Assembly: GCA_051294375.1 (NCBI GenBank)
Contig: CM119267.1
Coordinates: forward strand, 22,569,486-22,633,485
From: Paraspadella gotoi
Lineage: Eukaryota > Animalia > Chaetognatha
Direction: 5' to 3'
Length of the DNA: 64,000 nt
Shown: positions 1-14,534 of the stretch, piece after piece
Numbering within the stretch: the stretch's first letter is position 1
Layout: every line of letters begins with the position of its first letter
Program-made: the position numbers and the translations under genes
The notes under the pieces: generated by a model
Seen by the model: only the letters and a program-made list of their open reading frames with translations
What the model was told of the DNA's origin: nothing
Database searches by the model: none

Positions 1-3000
1 CTTCTGGGGTATTTGGGATGGTTTTTGCCCGCGAATGAAATATTTGTGGGTATTGCTTGATTTGGTTCAGGCTTCAACAAAATCCACCAAAGCCAGTCAT
101 CCGGAGAGGGTGTCTTTGGAGGAGAGGGGGGTGGGCCACTGAGGGAGAAATTTTCTAAGTCAAATGCGGGGTAGACATTGGAGGCTGAGACGAGGAAAAG
201 TCGAGATTCCGTTCCTTCGTTGTCTTTATTTATTTCACAAACGGGCGGTTTTGCCATTCTGGGGCAGTTTTAATGAGTTTTAATCAAAAAATGAATTTCA
301 CTGGGAAAAAGGGAAAATGGGAAAGATTATTGGGGTGGTTTGCAAGAAATTTCATATAAAACGGAAGAGACCAATTTATTTGATAGGAAAAGGTAGACCG
401 ACAAATGAATTATTTGTCTGTAGTGCTTGTTTCAGCCTCGTCAGTTGGCACAAAAGTGGAGCTCATAGATATGAGCGGTGATTGTTGTGCCTATTTTCTC
501 TTAATAAAGAGAAACCATCATGGGTTTTCCCAGGTTGTGCATATTTCCTGGAACAGGATTTGTAGTGTCATTTTCTTTTTTGTAGGGATTTATTTAAATT
601 TTTTTTCTAATTCGATCCCATCATTATCAGGATTATTTCGTTCACTTTAATTTCTAATATACCTTTTTTATTTTAGATTTTGATTTCATTAGATTTTTCT
701 TTCTTTAATGTAAAGGAAATTAATCACTAGTTTTTGTTTACGTTTACGGAAAGTTATTAATTGAGGTTCTCTCGAGGAGGAAGCTGTGATAGGATCTTTT
801 CCTGGGGAGAGCAGATTATAGAAGCATTAAGGGATTATAATTCACAGCACCAGTTCGTGAAGGGGTGATGGTTTTTCTAGCAACAAAACTATCATCAAGG
901 TCCAACAATGTGTTTGCTTGATTATTGTTTTCTCAGTTTGAAAACGGGTTTGTTAACTATATTCAGGATCTTCTTCCAGTGAAGGGATGGTAGAATCAAA
1001 AAAAAAATGAGAACGCCGGCGAGAAGTATATCTTTTTTGTTGGGCTCTTGTGGTCATTTGATGAGTGGGGCTTGTGTTGTTGTTTTAGGATTGGTTTTCA
1101 CTTTTGTGCTTTGGGGTGGTTGGATTTTGCTTTTTGTTAAGATGCCGAGGGTTGAATGTAGACGATTTCTGGGGTACTGAGAATGGTTTTAATTGATTGT
1201 GCGTGTTTGCTGTTAGATTTTGAACCATCAGGTTTTTCGCAAAATGTAATTACTGGAGGTGTTCCGTCTTTGTAGTTTCGCTTACTGATAATTGTAGGAG
1301 GGACCGTTCCAAGTTGGGTTAATTTTTCATGAATGTTAGTGGTTGAAATATGTCCCATACTTTGTCACCTTCTCGGTAGGGGCGATTATTTCATTTGTTT
1401 TTCATATTGGTATTTTTGTTTTTTCTTTGGCTTGTTGTATTTCTTTAGTGATTTCTTTTAGAGTGATGTTGAAATTGTTTATTTATTCACTAATGTATTG
1501 TTTAACTGAGGAGTTTTGGATTTTTGGAAGGGGATGATTTTTGTTGATGGGAATGTTGGCCTCATGACCATGTTTCATTGAAAAAAGGGCGTCTGTTTTA
1601 GGGTGCTATGAGGGGTGGTGTTCATGGCATATTGTAGAAATGGCAATTTGCTTCGGCCACTGTTTGTCTTTGTGCAGAAAGGCGTTTTGGTAGCTCTGAC
1701 AAAATTGAACGATTTATCCTTTCTGTGGTTCCTGGACTGCTGGATGCGTATGAGGTTGAATTTGTGATTTATGAATGTTCATAAATTGCAAAGGACCTGC
1801 GTATTGATTTCGTTTTTCAAATCGCCGGCCGCCGTTAATCTGTGGTGAATGATTTCTGGGGACATGTCTGAGAATAGTATTCTTGAAAGCGGTCTGCTAT
1901 TTCTTCAGCTGTCTTCTTTTTGTTGCATAAAGTTATGTCATTTTGTTAAAAAAAGTCAGTGATCACCAAGATATAATTTGAAGCCTCTAAATTGTGAAAG
2001 GGAAGAGAGTTTTCAATAGATCTGCTTATCTGCTGCATAGGCTAACGAACTTCCAAAGGTACTAAGGGTGCTTTATGGTGGGATTTGGTTCTCTGAGACA
2101 TTGGCATTATAGCATTCTCACGTTAATTGTCTATGTCTGACCACAAATTGGCCAAATGCATATTGGTGATGGTTTCATTCATTCTTTTGTTTCCTGGGTG
2201 ACCAGTAAAGAGTTTCATGCGTTTTCTTTTAGGATATTTTCCACAACAGTGGAATCGGACAATGATTGTAGATGAGAAAGGAAAATCAGGAGTTTGGTTG
2301 AAGCGATAGAGAAATCATTCCTTGAGTTGTAGGGCTGGGTATTGTTTTGCGTAATATTTTGGTGACAGAACTTTGATCTGGTTTCTTTCTGTTGTGTGTT
2401 GATTTTTTGTTGAATGGACTGACATTATGTCATAGGGTCATTTTCTTTGTTGTGTTTTTGGATGATGTTCTAATGATTGTTCTTCACAAAGGATGTTAAC
2501 AGTGGTGGTGTCATCTTCTGTACTCCAAGCAGAACTGTCGTTTTGTTTGTATGTTGATTGATTGGTTTCTCCAATTTGGATATTCTTTTTTTAAAAATTG
2601 ATTCAAAATTTTCTTTGTCCTGTAATGGATTCAATTAAGTGGGTATCAAGAGGTCTCCGGAGATCTGCGTCAGCATCTCCAATGCTTTTTGCCAGGTCGA
2701 TGTAATTAAAGTGAAGAGAAGGTGTGTTAGAAATATTGCCCAGCGGGAGCGTCTTCCAGTGGGATCTTTTGGTGGTATCTTGTTTGTTCCAACTTAGCAA
2801 TGGCTTAGTGATCAGTGATTGCTGTGAAGTGTTTATTTACTAGGGTAGTGGCGGTAAGCTTTAATCCAATAAGAGTGAGATTTAATTCTCGCGTCAAAAG
2901 TAGCCCAATTTTGTTGCCTTTCAGACAGCTTTTGGATCATAACAGATAAACCTTTTCTTTGTCATGTTTGTTAGAAGGACCATTCCAATTGCCTTTCTAA

Positions 3001-6000
3001 ACTGGATCTGTCCTAAGGATAAATTCCTTTGTTGAAATCTGGATAGGCGACTTATGGATCTGATGTTAGGCTTTGAGCAATTGCTCGAATGCTATTTTGA
3101 CATTTTTCATTCCATGGAAAGGTGATTCCTTCTTTGTCAGATCCGTTAAGGGGCAGCAATTTCTGAGAAGTCTTTAGAAGTGGCCGATAAAAGGATGCCA
3201 AGCCAAGGATTGCCTATTGAGTTTCCTTCACATTTCTTTTGTATCGGCCAAGACCTGATTTTTTCAAGGTTCTTGGGATTTGGAGATATTCCTTCACCAG
3301 AGAGGAGAAAATCAAGGTGACGACTTTGCTTCTCAGAAAAAGGATTTTTCTTGGATGAAGTTTTAGGTTTTGCATTCTTAGAGCGGTCAGGACTCTGTCT
3401 AGCATTTTGAGGTGGGGCTCCTGTAATTGAGTGAGGTACAAGTTTATGGTCGTCGAAGAAAAAAAGTGAGGACGGTGTTCTGGTGAAAAGTCCTTGAATA
3501 TGAAGCTGCATCATTGCATTTGTTGATGTGGGAGTTTAAGTTCACCAATTGGGCAGCGGACAGCATTCCCAATGTTCTGGATGGTGTGCTTGAAAGCGTA
3601 AAATTTTCTATTTGAGATTTGGGCTATGGGGATTTGGTAAAATCCTTTAAGGAGTGTCCATTTGTGAAAATATTTTGCCTTTAATTCTTTGTAGGCAATC
3701 TGATATGTGTTCCATTGGATAATTGGTATTTTTCTGTTGTGCATGGAGTTTCCTGAGGTCCACTACGCAATCTATCTTTTCCCTCTTTCTTTGGGACCAA
3801 GATTAATTTGGGAAATTGTATGGACTCTCTTGAAGGTGGCAAATACCTTCTTGCCACATGCTGTTCCACTTTTTTTTTCTATTCTTTCAGCCATTTCTGG
3901 CTGCAACGAAATTTGTGGTACTCTTATTGGGTGGGCTGGCTTCCAATTTGCAATAATGTTTTGCCAGTAGTTAGCTTTTTCCCATGTCTTTATCATTGCA
4001 TGCAAAAGCCTTAGGTGTTTGACTTTTTAAATAAATTCTCTGTTCTTGTTGGGTTTTCGCCATCTGGAATTTTGCTTGGAGAGATCCAGAGTGAATTGAT
4101 TTTCCTGTTTAGTTTCAGGGGTTGTTGCTGAAGTATTAGTTTGGTGATTATGGTTATCTGGGATTTAGGCCAATTTCATCAACAACGAAGAAAAGTTTGG
4201 ATCTTCTTTGAGGCTGATTGGTCATAAAAATTCAAAATGGGACAGAAGTGAATCTTGATTAATAATTACTGGAGTGGGAAAACAGGTTTAAGCACTCCAC
4301 ATAGTGATTCCTTCATTGACAGATGACATGAGGCACCACCAGTACTCCTTTGTGTGGGCGGAATATTCTTTTGTAAAGGTTGAGGATATGATAAAAGGGT
4401 TTCCCCAATTTTTGTAGAGAATCTTGGTCAGTATGATTTACAGCCTTAATGGGCATCGAGAAAAAGGAGAATAACTACAGATTCAAAGGAGGAGAGGTGG
4501 GGAGGATTCAGGTGTGATGGTTTTTCAAAATGGGATTGTTAATGTCTTTCATCTTGAGTTGGCCTTTTGTCTAAGTCTATGATGGATCGGTGATGGCAAA
4601 GGAAATCCCATCCTAAAACTATTGGTTTAACTAAACCTCTCATTTACTCTAGCATTTACAGAGAAGGAAAAACATTCATTATTGAGAATTCGAGTCTGAA
4701 GGCTCCGATGTGATTATGCTGGAGCCATCAATGGAGTGACCCACGTTTGTTTGTGGTTGAAAATGGGACATGTTGCTAATGAGGCGTTTTTGGATGGAAT
4801 GCCTTCCGCAACAAAGTAGTGGAACATCCTGTATCTATGAGGGTTAAAATGGATTCTGTTTTATGTTACGTAGATCTCTGTAATTATGTCTGTGCTTTGG
4901 TTAAAGGTTTAAGTGGAGCCTTACGAGGATATCCGACTATATCGCTGGCTCTGCGTTATGGTCGGATCCTAGAATCCTCTTGATTTGGTTTTGGTAGGAT
5001 TGAGGAGAGTCTCTGCGCGTCTGTTAAGGGATTCATGCTGTTGTGATTGCATGGATGCTCTGGTGTTTGCATAAGTGGAGGGGCTTTTGGATCTATGGTA
5101 GCTTTCTGTTGCTAGAACTTCTGTAGTCTCTAGATTCTGGAGCTGTTGTCTTCGACGTTCTGTCTTCAAATTCTAGTTTTCAACAATTGAGGGTTTTCTG
5201 CCTTCCACGGATTTGTCTGAATAAGTCTCTTCTTGGATAATGGTTGCTGGGGCTATTTTGCCCACCCAGCTGTTATTCTGGGTCGCGAGGGCTGTACCGA
5301 TTATCTGGTCTTCTTGGGCTGCCGGTAATTGGAGTCGCCATAATTGCGTTGTATTCCGAGGAATGATCCCTGCGGTATCCTCTGCTGCGGTAACACGGTC
5401 TTCATAGCGGTTCATAACGCTTCCTGTCATCCCGAAATCTGTCATGTAGCGAGAGCGGTATCATATACTCTCTTTGCCTTCTTTTGATTTTTTCATCTCT
5501 TCCAATGTTGCGGTGTGTTGGCATTTATTTCTTTTTGTGTTTCCCAGGCTTTGCCTGTGAGTAAGGTCCAAGTTGTGTTATTTGTTAGTGAGTTGCTTCC
5601 ATCTCATTGTCTCTTCATTAGCAGCTCCTCCTGTGAATGAGACTGTTTGAGGTCCGTTATACCTGCCCAAGCCTGCAGCAAATGGTATTTTACCATCTGA
5701 TTTCTCCAATAGTTCTTTCCACTTTTTCTGCTCGTTCACGGGCTTTAGTTGATGTCATAAGTGCGAGGAGCTAGCCGACTTCTTACAAAGGACTTGTAGT
5801 CAGGGGAGGTAGTCCTGCAATGAAAACGTTTGTGGATTTCTGTTGAAACAGCTCTGGATTTGCTGCTTACAAGGGGATGAGAGAGCGTGTGTTTTACTTG
5901 GTTTTCAAGAATGTAAAGGGACTTTCACATCCCATTTAAGGGCGTCTAGATTTGTCTTGAAACTTTTGTTTTTGGAGGGGTCCGATAGTCTTGGAGATAA

Positions 6001-7811
6001 GCTCGGGCCTTTAGTGTGGCCAATTGTTTTTGTTCTCAAAGGCCTTCATATAGCTTGAGGCCCAAATCATTCAAGTTTGGTAGGTAAGTGTTTGAGGCAG
6101 GCATTTTTTTTTGCTGGATTGTTGGTGGCATATCTGGTTAGGGCTGCAACAACAGCTTAGGACATATTTGGTTAACCAAAATTCAATGTACTTGTTTATC
6201 GGGTATAAGAGAATGGTTTGATGTCAATCTTACGGTAGGAATCCATTGTGAGGTTATGTGGAAGTGAAAAAAAAAAATTGAAATGTGGAAATTTTTTTTT
6301 TGTTTTTTTTGAGACAAGCAAATGTGTTGAAGTAAATCAACTAACCTGTCAGCGAAGTTCTTGTTACTAGAAAATATCACCAATAGAGAATGGCGTGTTT
6401 CCCATGAAGGAAATCACGACTCTATTAAAGAGGGAGATAAGATTCTTATAATTATTTATATTCTTAAGTTAAGTTATGTTTATTCAATGTTGGAAAAAAT
6501 TTTTTTTTTTTTTTTTTTTGATTGGACAGGCCCAAAGACAATTAAAGCGAATTAAAAAAACCCAAAATTTGGCTTTGGGACAAGCAAATAGTGTTGAAAT
6601 TAATCAAACAGACTGTCCACAAAAATGCTTTTTAAAAAAAATAGAGAAAAATGTCGGTTCCCGAAGAGCCTGATTATCTAATGGATTTTAAATTTTAAAT
6701 GGTTACCCGAATTCAAGGCCTAAGTCAATTTGTATAGCAACGAAGGGAATGGGTTGTCAAATGAAAATGAAATTTGAAAAATTGATTTTAAAATTAAATA
6801 TATTGGGCCAAAATACGTCAAGCACAAACCTACCCTGAAGGAGCATGATTTAACATTGATTAGCAGTTTGTTCTAATTGTAAATATCTGGTTAAGCTGCA
6901 GGAGAGAGAGGTGTTTGCTGCACACAAGGTAAGAGGGTTATTATTGAATGAGACTTCAATGTTAAGTAGCGAGCAGCAAGAAAACCTTGACAGAATAAAT
7001 CTTATTTAATTGATCTAGGTGTGGCCATTGAATTATATCGTCTAAATAACCAGACATTTTGAAAAACCGAAATATTAAGATTTTTTTAAAAGGAAAATTT
7101 TTGCCAATGTGCACGTTCCACGAAGGATCAGAGAGTTGGATGGCAACTTAAGTCCCAAAACAAAGGAACGAGGAATTTAGAGTTGGATTCGGTGAAGAGA
7201 ATAATTATCTTGAGATTAAATGGGTATAAAAGAGTGGTGCAAAAATAAAAAGGAAAATTAAAAATAATAATAGAGTTACGTGGAATTATTATTCAATAGA
7301 AGCAGTGAGAGAATTTTAAAAAGTATATAGATATCAGTCTTCACAAAGTCTTTTTAAGCCTCTTACTTTTCACGAGATAAGTTGAGGGGTGTTCCAGGCC
7401 ACGGCGAATCCACGTGTGGCTAATGGAACGCAAGAGAACGAGTTGTAGGAGGTAGACGAGTAATGTAGAAGTACGATGTATAGGACGAGCATAGACACCA
7501 AAGGAAGTCACGTATTTGTAGTAGTGGTACCCAATTGTAGTAGTGCGGTGCCCCTGACACAGCAAAAGGGATCTCTGTTAGAAAACCCCTGAAATGGGGA
7601 TCTTGTGCCAAACCCTTATGGCAGGCAAATGTAAGTTGAAGAAATTCCGAGTAAACGAAGTGAATGAAGTAGTTGAAGTTGTAGTTGATTGGGCTGAGGC
7701 ACACAAACACTGCTTTGGGCCTGAAAGTAGTGAAGGACAAGAAAGTTGAGATATTGGCCAAAGTTTGACACTTCAATTGTGGTTGAAGTTGCAGTAATCA
7801 AGCTGCCACCA
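1..7811 (-). mobile_element. Ty3/Gypsy LTR retrotransposon (gag-pol), heavily frameshifted, 3' end outside window
   Basis: Minus-strand motifs occur in Gypsy order PR-RT-RH-IN. Protease LIDTGCSTT (DTG 4827-4835). RT 'LLKGFYQIPI' (~3630-3660), 'FFDD' (~3450-3465), 'LKLHP..FLRSKV', 'EGISPNPKNLEKIRSWP', 'DFSEIAAPL'. RNase H 'TDxS..AIGMVL' (~2975-3012) and 'ITDH.PL' (~2800-2820). Integrase 'H..GHPG' (~2190-2220), 'CYNC' (~2100-2118) and GPY/F-like 'EGDKVW...WNGP.Y' (~1290-1375). Gag-like region ~5000-6150. Confidence 0.9.
7802..7811 (-). promoter_or_regulatory. Primer-binding site (tRNA-Leu type) of the Gypsy element
   Basis: Minus strand reads TGGTGGCAGC, complementary to the 3' end ...GCUGCCACCA of metazoan tRNA-Leu(UAG/AAG). 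It lies ~1.6 kb upstream of the gag-like region. Confidence 0.7.
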
Positions 7812-8500
7812 TTTTCTCCAAGATACTGCTGTCCAGGACCGGAGTGAGAAACTGTTAGGAAATAATAAATTGTTTAAATTATATTAAAAGATGCAGTTGC
7901 AATCTGCATAATGATAAGTATAGCCTATTACTAATCCTAATAATTTTAAGTTAAGTATTAAAGTATAAGCTTAGCAAGATGAGAGTTAAGCTAGGTAAAT
8001 TTTTTCTAAAAAGGGTTTACCTTTTTAAACCGGCCCTATATGCACCAATGCTAAGCGTAAGCTATTTGGTCCTAATTAACAGTAAACTTAGCTCTAGTAG
8101 TATTCCCAATAACATACAATTAACTTAATTGTAGACATAAGAGATGCTAACTTGCTGTGGGTTTCAGTAGTTAGATGTTGAGGCATATAGCTGCTTAGGA
8201 AGTAAAGTCATAAGCATAGATACCCTATGGAGGAAGAAAGAATCTTTATTAATAAACAAATTATAATGTTCATAACATAATTCCTAACCCATAAGTAGAA
8301 CTAAGACCAGAGAGATGGGACTGCCATTTGGAAGCCAACTTGTTTCCAGTCAAAGCATAGGATTCATCCTGAAACTATATATAATTGAAATACCAAAGAG
8401 GGGTTCCAATTAAGAATATTTTATCAAGTTAGTTTAATTGATAATTATTATATAAAGTCCCAACTCTCTAATCCAATTACTATCATCAATAGACTACAAT
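7812..8500 (-). repeat. Probable 5' LTR of the Gypsy element (outer boundary uncertain)
   Basis: Non-coding sequence immediately 5' of the PBS on the element strand. There is no second LTR in the window for comparison, and no canonical CA end next to the PBS. Confidence 0.4.
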
Positions 8501-9046
8501 GACAAAATGAATTCGTGAAATGCAGAACATGAATATGACACAGGAACAGAATTTATTGACAAGTCAAGTCACACTGACAATATGCAAATGAGATTGATTT
8601 GAACTCATCTCATTCTTGCGTTGCTAATTCAAAAGTTCCTTCCTTATATTTAACTGATTCAGTCCGTAGATTTTCAGGAATACAATTTTACATTTGAATC
8701 ACGAAATGCCTGTAAATCCAAGAAATTCAGTAGGAATAACGAACGTGTAAAACCTCACGTAAAGTTGAAAACTGCGGATTCAAAACCTCAAAGCTAAAAA
8801 ACCCATATTTCATTCTTCGGATAAAAGACATTGTCAAATGGCCGCGCTCCAAATTCTCTCGAACTCTTTTCAACTCTCGGACTCGTGATGGCGCCACTGG
8901 TCCCGATGAGAAAACGAGAGACTAAAACACGCCGCCATGAATTTGTGAAAACGCGTCAATATTCATTATTCCGGGGGGAAACGGATGGGACACTCTACTT
9001 CTCTTTCTCTTCTCTCTCTTCTCTTCTCTCTCTCTCTCTCTCCTCA

Positions 9047-9082
<36 letters not shown>

Positions 9083-9364
9083 GCTCTCTAGCTCTCCATT
9101 AGCTCTTTATTTTTTTCGTTCAATCTTCAGTTTTTCTATCGCTTTTTCATATCTATCACTGAATTCTTGGCTCTTTTTCTTTTTTAATCCCATGAGCCTC
9201 TCTTTCTCTCTCTTTCTCTCTTTTTCTCTCCCTCTCTCCCTATCCCTATGCCAATTCCGAAAATCCGACCATTGATTTATTCTACATTTTTGTCCCACCG
9301 AAGCGACGTAACATCCGTTTCTCTTAAATCTTTTCAGTCCCCATCTCTTTTCCCAAATCTCTCT

Positions 9365-9422
<58 letters not shown>

Positions 9423-10020
9423 TCTCTCTTTCTCTCTCTATCTTCTCTCTCTCTCTCTAATTGCAGTCATATCCGCGATAATCGAGGGATAAACTCATCT
9501 AAATTCTTCTCGAAAACCCAACCCTTTCGCCCCTTCATTCACTACCTCCCCCCCAACCTTTCTCCATATTATCCCTCCTCCCCCATCTTCAAAAATCATC
9601 TACCATTGTCATTCTTCCCTTCCACACACACAATTTGCCATCACACCTACGTACGTAGTCCTCGAAAGTCATAACAGTTCAGCGGCCTTATTTTTACAAA
9701 ACGACCCATTTCGTCTTAAATTCGAATCAAATCAGATTAGTTTAAAGGTTAGGGATTACGGAAGGCCTCCGGTTTAGTATTTAGGGTTATAAAACCACAA
9801 ATTGAACGACTTTGAAAAATAGAAGCCAGTCAGCAATTGTTTCCCAAGGGTAATGTGAGTCTTTTTCCTTTTTCTCTGTAAATCCCGCTCACAGTGCACC
9901 ACCTTTCTCCCTCTCTCCCATCCACCCCATCCCACCCTCCCCAGTCCTCACCCCCTCGCCACCATCAGTCCATCGTCCATCACCCCCCGCCCGCCAAATC
10001 TCGAAACGTTTCCGCCTTTG

Positions 10021-10106
<86 letters not shown>

Positions 10107-10942
10107 CTTTTCCGTCGCAGCGGAACCGAGTTACAAGCGAAGGCTCTTCATTTCACTCTGTAGGTCTCTAGCATACTTACAAGGGACTCTTCTCTCTCTC
10201 TCTCCCTCCCCCGCCCGTCTCTCTTCTCTCTATCCACTCCACACGGGTTAGCGGGGTCGCGCGACGCGGCGCTCGACGGGCGCGTCCAACGGGGCAGCCG
10301 GCGCCCGTCACGGAGCACGACGTCGGCCCCAGGCTGCGGCTTTCGACTCGATGATTCTCTTTAGATTCTTTTTCAAAGTCGACCCGGATTCGATTGGAAC
10401 TCTTTTGGACCGGGATGTAATAACATATTTAAGCTCTTAAAGATTCGGATATTATTTGAATTCGATATACCAGTCAAGACATCCGGATATTAGTCTCTTT
10501 GTAAAATCAGTATATAATTCAAAACACAATATTAATTTTTATGTTCAAAACCCGGATGTGATAGGAACCGTTTTCTAGAACACGGAAGTGATTGGAACTC
10601 TCTGCGGACCTCGAGTCTCACGGTCCGTGACTTGGACATGTACCACCTTTTGCCCAATGGGACATCGAAAGGGGAGAGAGGGGGGCCGTGGGAGGGGTGA
10701 GGAGAGAGAAGGAGGAAGAGGAATGACCAGAGAGAATAAAAAAAAGAAAAAAAAAATACATAGAAAGAAAAAAGTACTAAAGTGAAAGCATAGAAAAAAG
10801 AATATAAAAAAAAGACTAGGAAAAACAAAGAAAAAGAGAGAAAAGGGAAAGAAAGAAAAGAGATAAGGGAGATGAGAGAGAGAGAGAGAGTTTCTAACAA
10901 AAGACCGCCTCACTTAACCCCGTTTTGGGATCGAGGACGACG

Positions 10943-10986
<44 letters not shown>

Positions 10987-13900
10987 CGACGTTCCCAGTC
11001 AGAATCGAATTTCGTGATTTCGTCCCTCTCTCTCTCTCTCTCTCTCTCTGACGTAATTACCGCTCTCACCGGTGCACGTGCCCTACCAGAACAATCAGAT
11101 TTCAGTCGCGACTGTCAGCTCTTTTCATGGATCAATCGCACTGTTGGCCACTGTTGCTCTTCGTGTGGGTCTCGAGACTCTCTACGACTCTCTACGACTG
11201 CAGGATATAATATAGAAATTATTAACTGTAGTTAGCACTTATTACATTAAATGCAACCACTTAAAACATTATCATTCAGGGGACCACTTTTGACGTAAAC
11301 GTTCCAAGGAAAGCGTTAGCGCGCTTTTCCATTGTCTATGTTGCAAATTTGAGATCGGGGCGCCGACGGTGAAAATCTGCGCGCCAATGGGAAAGAACTT
11401 GCGCGCCAAAGAGAAAAAACTTGCGCGCCCATCTTCGTCACGCGCGTTCATGAATCATTAGAGGTAAGCCCCAGTCAACGATCCCGCCGCAGCCGCTGAC
11501 GCCTCCGCCGCTGCAGTGGCCTCCGCTTGACGTCGCCGCCTGCCGTCGCTATCTCCGTCGTTCTCGAGGGACACATTTTTTTGGTTCCCTTCATCACTAT
11601 GGCAACGAAAGAGGCTCTCCCTTTCTTTTGTAAACAGCGATAAAAAATCACGAAGCGAGAATGGATTCTCGCGTAAATGAGTGTTTGAGAATCGTTAGCA
11701 TTACTCGAGGAGAATCACCCGGTTTTTTTTTTCTTTATTGGCCAAGTGATAAAAGCTTAGTCATACCAATGAATGTCACAAATAACATTCTGTCATAGAA
11801 ATATTGGGGTCATGATCGCGAACTTTGGCTATCACCGCTTCGAATAATCAGGAAATCAGCGATTCGTGTAACTCACCTTCTCTCCAACGCGGTGATCCAG
11901 AAAAATCCTATTAAACTTTGAGAGGGGAAACGGTTTACCTTTCCCGAAAGTCATCGGAACACGATTGAACGTACCTTTTCTTATCACTTAAATGTTAGTT
12001 GTATCTTTGGACAGTGTCATGTAACGAGCGAGCGTAGCATGCGGCAATTGCGGCATGTCACAAATCTTTGTAAAAATTTTTAGTTTTGGTACAAATAATA
12101 AAGTTTATCTAGATTTTGATGTTACAAGAATTACTTACTTTGAAATTTAAACAGAGGCTCTGGAAATGATCTATGTTCTACTATACACTAGTATGCAGTA
12201 TGCGCTATGTACTACTATGCAGGTCGAAGACAACTTTTTTAAAATTTTTGTTTTCTTTTTCTCTTTTATTTTTTTTGGTCTTTCAACTCTTTTTTTTAAT
12301 TTTCGTCCCATAGGCCCATCCCGCACCCCCTCTCAGGAGCCGGGGCCTCTGGATTTCTCAAAGTATGCCCCTCCACTCCACATGCCCCTGCCTAAATAGT
12401 TTTGAAAACTCTAAGCAAAACATCCGCAAACCCAAAAAACTCCATTTAAAGTCAGGATTAACTCCATCTTTGCCTCCCAAGACTCAAACACAACCTTAGC
12501 TCTCTCTCCCTACAACCCCGCCCCCTTGAAAAAAAAGCTAATCCCCAAGAGGTGCTTATCGTCGAACTTTTTTTTCGCTTGTTATCCCTAAAGCGCGCAG
12601 TTAAGCCTCGGTGTGCGTACGGGGGCCGTCGGCCGGCGGGGGTTAAACATAGGGAGTGCGTACGACCCGGAGTTTGTGCGTAAAATGGCTTACCTGATGG
12701 AAAAATGTCGCTGAATGTATTGAACTGACATACTAAAGACGAGTTGCGAGCAATTACATTGGTGTAAGCTTCACGTTTACTTTGCTGTACCTAGTGTACA
12801 TTTGAAGTTCAAAAGTTTAGATTTTTTTAAACAAAAAGAGTCGGTATGGTAAAATTACGATGTCACTAGGTGTGCAAGATTGTAATAAGACGTGCGCCGC
12901 GAGCAAGCCCTTTTAGAGCACACCGTTTTTTTGCGCATGCGCCGACGTCTATAGGGAAGAACGCCGAGCGAAAAACAACGAAAAATTCCCTTCTGATTTA
13001 AAGCGACTAATTTTATGCCTTATTTCGTAAAGAGTTTTCAATAACAAAGATCGTATCAAGCAGCATAGCAAGCTTGTGACTCAGATATGATGTTAACTTC
13101 ATTTGAACATAAGTACTATGCTAATAGTTTTTACCCAACAAAACAAATTTAATGTTGTTAGCCCATGCATTATGCAATATGCAAATGACTTGGTAATGGA
13201 GTCGATTTCGTTCCAAGATTGCTCGACTTCGACTTCGAGTTCACCACGACTTTGTTCTGTACAGCCTGAACTTTGTTCCGTTCTCCCTCGCTTTGTTCCG
13301 TTCATTCCGAATTTGTTCCGCTCACTCCAATTTTGTTTCGTTCACTCCGTCTTTGTTTTGTTCATCGAAACTTTGTTTCGCTCACACACGTATTCAACTA
13401 ACTTTGTTCTCTTCTCCAGATCGGCTTTTTATTTTTATTCTCTTTTCTCTTAACCTCTCGTTTGGCCTTTCGTTGTAAAAATCGTTTGAGGAGAGTTCAC
13501 GGGATTTACGATGGAAAGTGGCCTTTGATTGGCCTTTCATTGGCCGGTTTCGTCTTATAAAACGGTTCGACGAGGGTTGATCTCCAAAAATATTTACAAA
13601 GTAAACGATAATTCAGTAGTAATAGTACAATCGAGTCAATCGACAGATCGATACATAGATTAATTATCGTTAAAACATTTTTTGGCGTTTATTAACATGG
13701 AACTTAAGTGTTCATTTAAATTTTTACTGTTTTATGCCATAACAATTGACGCAAAAATTTGAATTTTCTATTCTAAAATGTCAGAAAGTTACGACTCAAG
13801 ACAACAAATGCAAAAATGACTTACTGACTGACATGACCCGCTCTGTCATCAATTCCTTACCTCACTTGATCAATTGATGTTTGACAGCTCATCCTTTGTC

Positions 13901-14455
13901 ATTCTCTCTCCCCGAACACAACCACAACCTCTCAATCTCGGAAGCTACTTCCTCCCGTCATCGGCCCGCGTCCGAATCTCTTAGCAACGATCCGTCGGCG
14001 AGATCTTCGCTTGTAAACAAATCGTCGTCTCGGGATTCCGCGCTTTTTCTTTTTCTTTCCCCAAACAACAAAAACAAACTTAAGATTTTTTTTTTTTTTT
14101 GGGTAAGTTATCTTGCTCGTTTGTTTTCTTCTATCTAGACTCAGTTGGGAGTTTTGGGGAGATTTTTTCGCCGCGCCCTCTTTCCGTTCTCGTTTTTTCT
14201 CCTTACCTATCTCTCTCTTCTAACCCTCTTTAGTCTTTACTCCTTCCTTACCCATTCGGCCGCAATCCTCCCTGACCAACTTACTCTTTTTCCATCCAAA
14301 ATCCCTCCTCAGTCCTCACCTTTAATTTAACTCACCCCCTTCCAAGGAATAAATTTGAAAGATATTAAGATTCGGGACTTTTAGTTCGGCAGTTCGATCG
14401 CCGACTTTTAGGGGAGGGATAAACAAAATCATCTCGGTGAGGTTATGAGTATGGA

Positions 14456-14534
<79 letters not shown>

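Noticed and set aside
10913-12646. piggyBac element bounded by TTAACCC...GGGTTAA
   Set aside because: The putative TIRs do not match beyond the first few bases and there is no transposase.
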